DNA from: Anaeramoeba ignava BMAN
Taxonomy: Eukaryota; Protista; Anaeramoebae
Length of the DNA stretch: 64,000 nt
Direction of reading: 5' to 3'
NCBI GenBank assembly: GCA_028826165.1
Contig: JAPDFW010000066.1
Span: 1-64,000 of the forward strand
Shown: positions 61,132 to 64,000 of the stretch, piece by piece
How positions within the stretch are numbered: the first letter of the stretch is position 1
Layout of the letters: each line of letters opens with the position of its first letter
Translations under genes and position numbers: made by a program
Notes under the pieces: model-generated
The model's input: the letters and a program-made list of their open reading frames with translations, nothing else
What the model was told of the DNA's origin: nothing
The model's database searches: none

Positions 61132-63495
61132 ATGGAAAAAAAAAAAAGTAAATCAAAACAGAAAATATTATTTACTGGAAGAAAATTCCAAGCAAAAATC
61201 AAAATTGGAGAAGGTTCTTATGGGAAAGTTTATTCAGGAAAAATTTTAAAAACAGAAGAAAATTGTGCAATTAAAAGAATTAGTTTCAAAGAAAAACCAA
61301 AAAGAAGAGAAAAAGTAAATCGAGCAATTCAAATTATGAAATTAATTAATCATGAAAATTGTATTGATTTATTTTTTGTTGAACCAAAACATTACCGAAA
61401 AGTAATTCAATATTTAATTTATAATATAATTTAAATATTTAATTTATAATTTAATTTAAATATTTAATTTATAATTTAATTTAAATATTTAAAAAGGCTG
61501 AACCAATTTATGTTGTTATGGAATTTTGTGATATGGGTGAACTAAAGGAATATATCGAATCAAAACAAGAAAGAATTTCTATTGAAGAAATAAAAGAAAT
61601 ATTTGGACAAATTGGTATTTTTTTAAATTTAAAATCAAAAATCTAAATCTAAATCAAAATCAAAATCAAAATCTAAATCTAAATCAAAATCAAAATCAAA
61701 ATCTAAATCAAAATCAAAATCAAAATCAAATCAAAATCAAAATAAAATTGGAAATCAAAATCAAAATTAAAATCAAAATTAAAATTAAAATCAAAATCAA
61801 AATCAAAATCAAAAATCAAAATCAAATTAAAATCAAAAATCAAAATCAAATTAAAATCAAAATTAAAATCAAAATCAAAATCAAATTCAAAATTAAAATC
61901 AAAATCAAAATCAAAATCAAAATTAAAATCAAAATCAAAAATTAAAATCAAAATCAAAAATCAAAAATCAAAATCAAAAATCAAAAATCAAAATCAAAAA
62001 TCAAATTCAAATTAAAATTAAAATCAAAATCAAAATTTAATTAGTTCAAGGATTGAAATATTTATATGAAAAAGGAATTGTTCATCGTGATTTAAAACCT
62101 CAAAATATCCTTCTTCAAAAAAATGATGATTCAAAATTTGGATATACAATTAAATTAGCTGATTTTGATTTTGCAAGAAAAATTCCAAAAGATGATTTAG
62201 GAAAATCATTAAATATGGAATCATTTGTTGAAGTCCTGCTTATATGGCTCCAGAAGTCTGAAATTTTAATATAAAAATAATTCAAATCAAAATTAAAATC
62301 AAAATTATTTCAAAAATAGATTTTATTTCATGATAAATATACTTCAAAATCTGATTTATGGAGTTTAGGTGCAATTTTATATGAATTATTTACAGGAAGT
62401 ATACCTTTTCAAGCATTTGATATAAATGATTTAAAAAGACAATATCGACAAATTACAAAAATCACTTCCAAAAGATATTTTAGTAAATAAATTGAAAATA
62501 TTTTATTCTATTCCAAAATAAATTAATTAATTGATTTATTTATTTAATCCAAAAAGAATGTTGTTCCAAAAGAATGTAGTGATTTAGTTGAGGATTATTA
62601 ACTGTTGATCCAAATTTAAGAATTTCAAGAGAAAAAGTTACATAATCATCCTTTTGTTTTTGAAAAATTAGTAAACTATTTAAATTCCAAAAAAATTATT
62701 CAACAAATTTAAAAAAAAATTCATTTTAATAAATAGAAAGAATCAATGGAAAAATCAAAAGAAATACAAAGTTTAGAAAATGCAATGATTGGAATTACAA
62801 AAGAAGATTTTGAAAGCAAAGAAAATGATAAACTTTCATTTAAAAAAGGAGATATAATTGAAATTATTAAAATTAAAAAAGATAAAGAAATTTGTGAAGG
62901 AATATTAAAAAGAGAAAAAGCAATTATTGAATTAAAATTAATTGATTTATTTCAGAAAATTGAGGATATTTTTTCAATAATTGAATCAAATAATAAAATT
63001 AAAAAATTTCAAAAAAGAATTATTGGAATTGCTAAATATGATTATAAAGCAAATGAATTTTCATTATCAGAAGGAGAAGTAATTGAAATTAATAATATAA
63101 ATAAAGGAAATGATTCTTGTGAAATTCAATTTGAAAATCAAAAAGATGAAATTCCTTTTTTCTTTTTGGATTTTTATGAACAAATTGAACAAATTGAAGA
63201 AAATAATGAAAATCAAAACGAAATTCAAATTCAAAATCTAAATCTAAATCAAAACGAAAATCAAAACGAAAATCAAAACGAAAATCAAAACGAAAATCAA
63301 AATGAAAAAGAAAAAGAAAAAGAAAAAGAAACAAATAAGCATCACCATAAACACAAACATCATCATCATCATAAGCACAAACATCATCATCACAACCACA
63401 CAAAAAATTCAAAATCAAAATCAAAATCAAAATCAAAATCAAAATCAAAATCAAAATCAAATTCTAAATCAAATCAAAATCAAAATCAAAATTAA
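61132..63495 (+). pseudogene. Ser/Thr kinase-SH3 paralog 3, diverged and frameshifted as assembled, His-rich tail
   Basis: Same exon layout. alphaC Glu reads Ala (NRAIQ), DFG reads DFD, frameshifts near 62230 and 62460. Tail KHHHKHKHHHHH. Confidence 0.6.
61625..62040. repeat. Intronic (AAAATC)n expansion (intron 61615-62044)
   Basis: Hexamer array. Confidence 0.9.
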
Positions 63496-64000
63496 AATTA
63501 AAATTAAAATTAAAATTAAAATTAAAATTAAAATCTAAATCAAAATTAAAATCAAAAATCAAATTCAAAATCAAAATCAAAATACAAAATCAAATTTAAA
63601 ATCAAATTCTAAATCAAATCAAAATCAAATCAAAATTAAAATTAAAATTAAAATTAAAATCTAAATCAAAATTAAAATCAAAAATCAAATTAAAATTCAA
63701 AATCAAAATTAAAATTAAAATCAAAATTAAAATTAAAATTAAAATTAAAATTAAAATTAAAATTAAAAATTAAAGTTCTTATTTAAAAAAAAACAAAAAA
63801 TGGGAAAAAAAACAATAAGATCATTAAATTTAAATTTAAAGTTAAATTCAAATGAAAAATTTAAAACGAAACTGAAAACAATAAGATCAAAATCAAAATC
63901 AAAATCAAAATCAAAATCAAAATCAAAATCAAAATCAAAATCAAAAATTAAATTTAAATTTAAAATTAAAATTAAAATTAAAAATTAAAAATTAAAGTTC

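Overview
Extremely AT-rich eukaryotic genomic DNA with spliceosomal GT-AG introns and the standard code. The gene content (pyruvate:ferredoxin oxidoreductase, a methylmalonyl-CoA epimerase with an organelle presequence, a Tim17/22-family fragment, and BTB-TLDc and ankyrin genes) indicates an anaerobic protist with a hydrogenosome-type organelle; an Anaeramoeba-like metamonad is my best inference, not a verified ID. The left 26 kb is gene-poor. It holds isolated ankyrin-repeat exons, a Crypton-like tyrosine-recombinase element and a nested transposon island: two related APE-RT non-LTR retrotransposons, a truncated pogo-type transposase and a Sola2-like DDD transposase. The most unusual signal is not in the ORF track: the Sola2-like reading frame continues, via one frameshift and an in-frame intron, into a ubiquitin-specific protease (USP/C19) Cys-box. 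The right 36 kb is gene-dense: CS/Sel1-like protein, PFO, CH-RasGAP-like-PH protein, MCEE, TSC1/hamartin-like protein, BTB-TLDc, fimbrin, Tim17/22 fragment and three tandem kinase-SH3 paralogs. Several introns are inflated by kb-scale microsatellites, and four 145-165 bp minisatellite arrays lie between genes. Many frameshifts fall in homopolymer runs and may be long-read errors. Protein family calls are from motif recognition by eye, not database searches.
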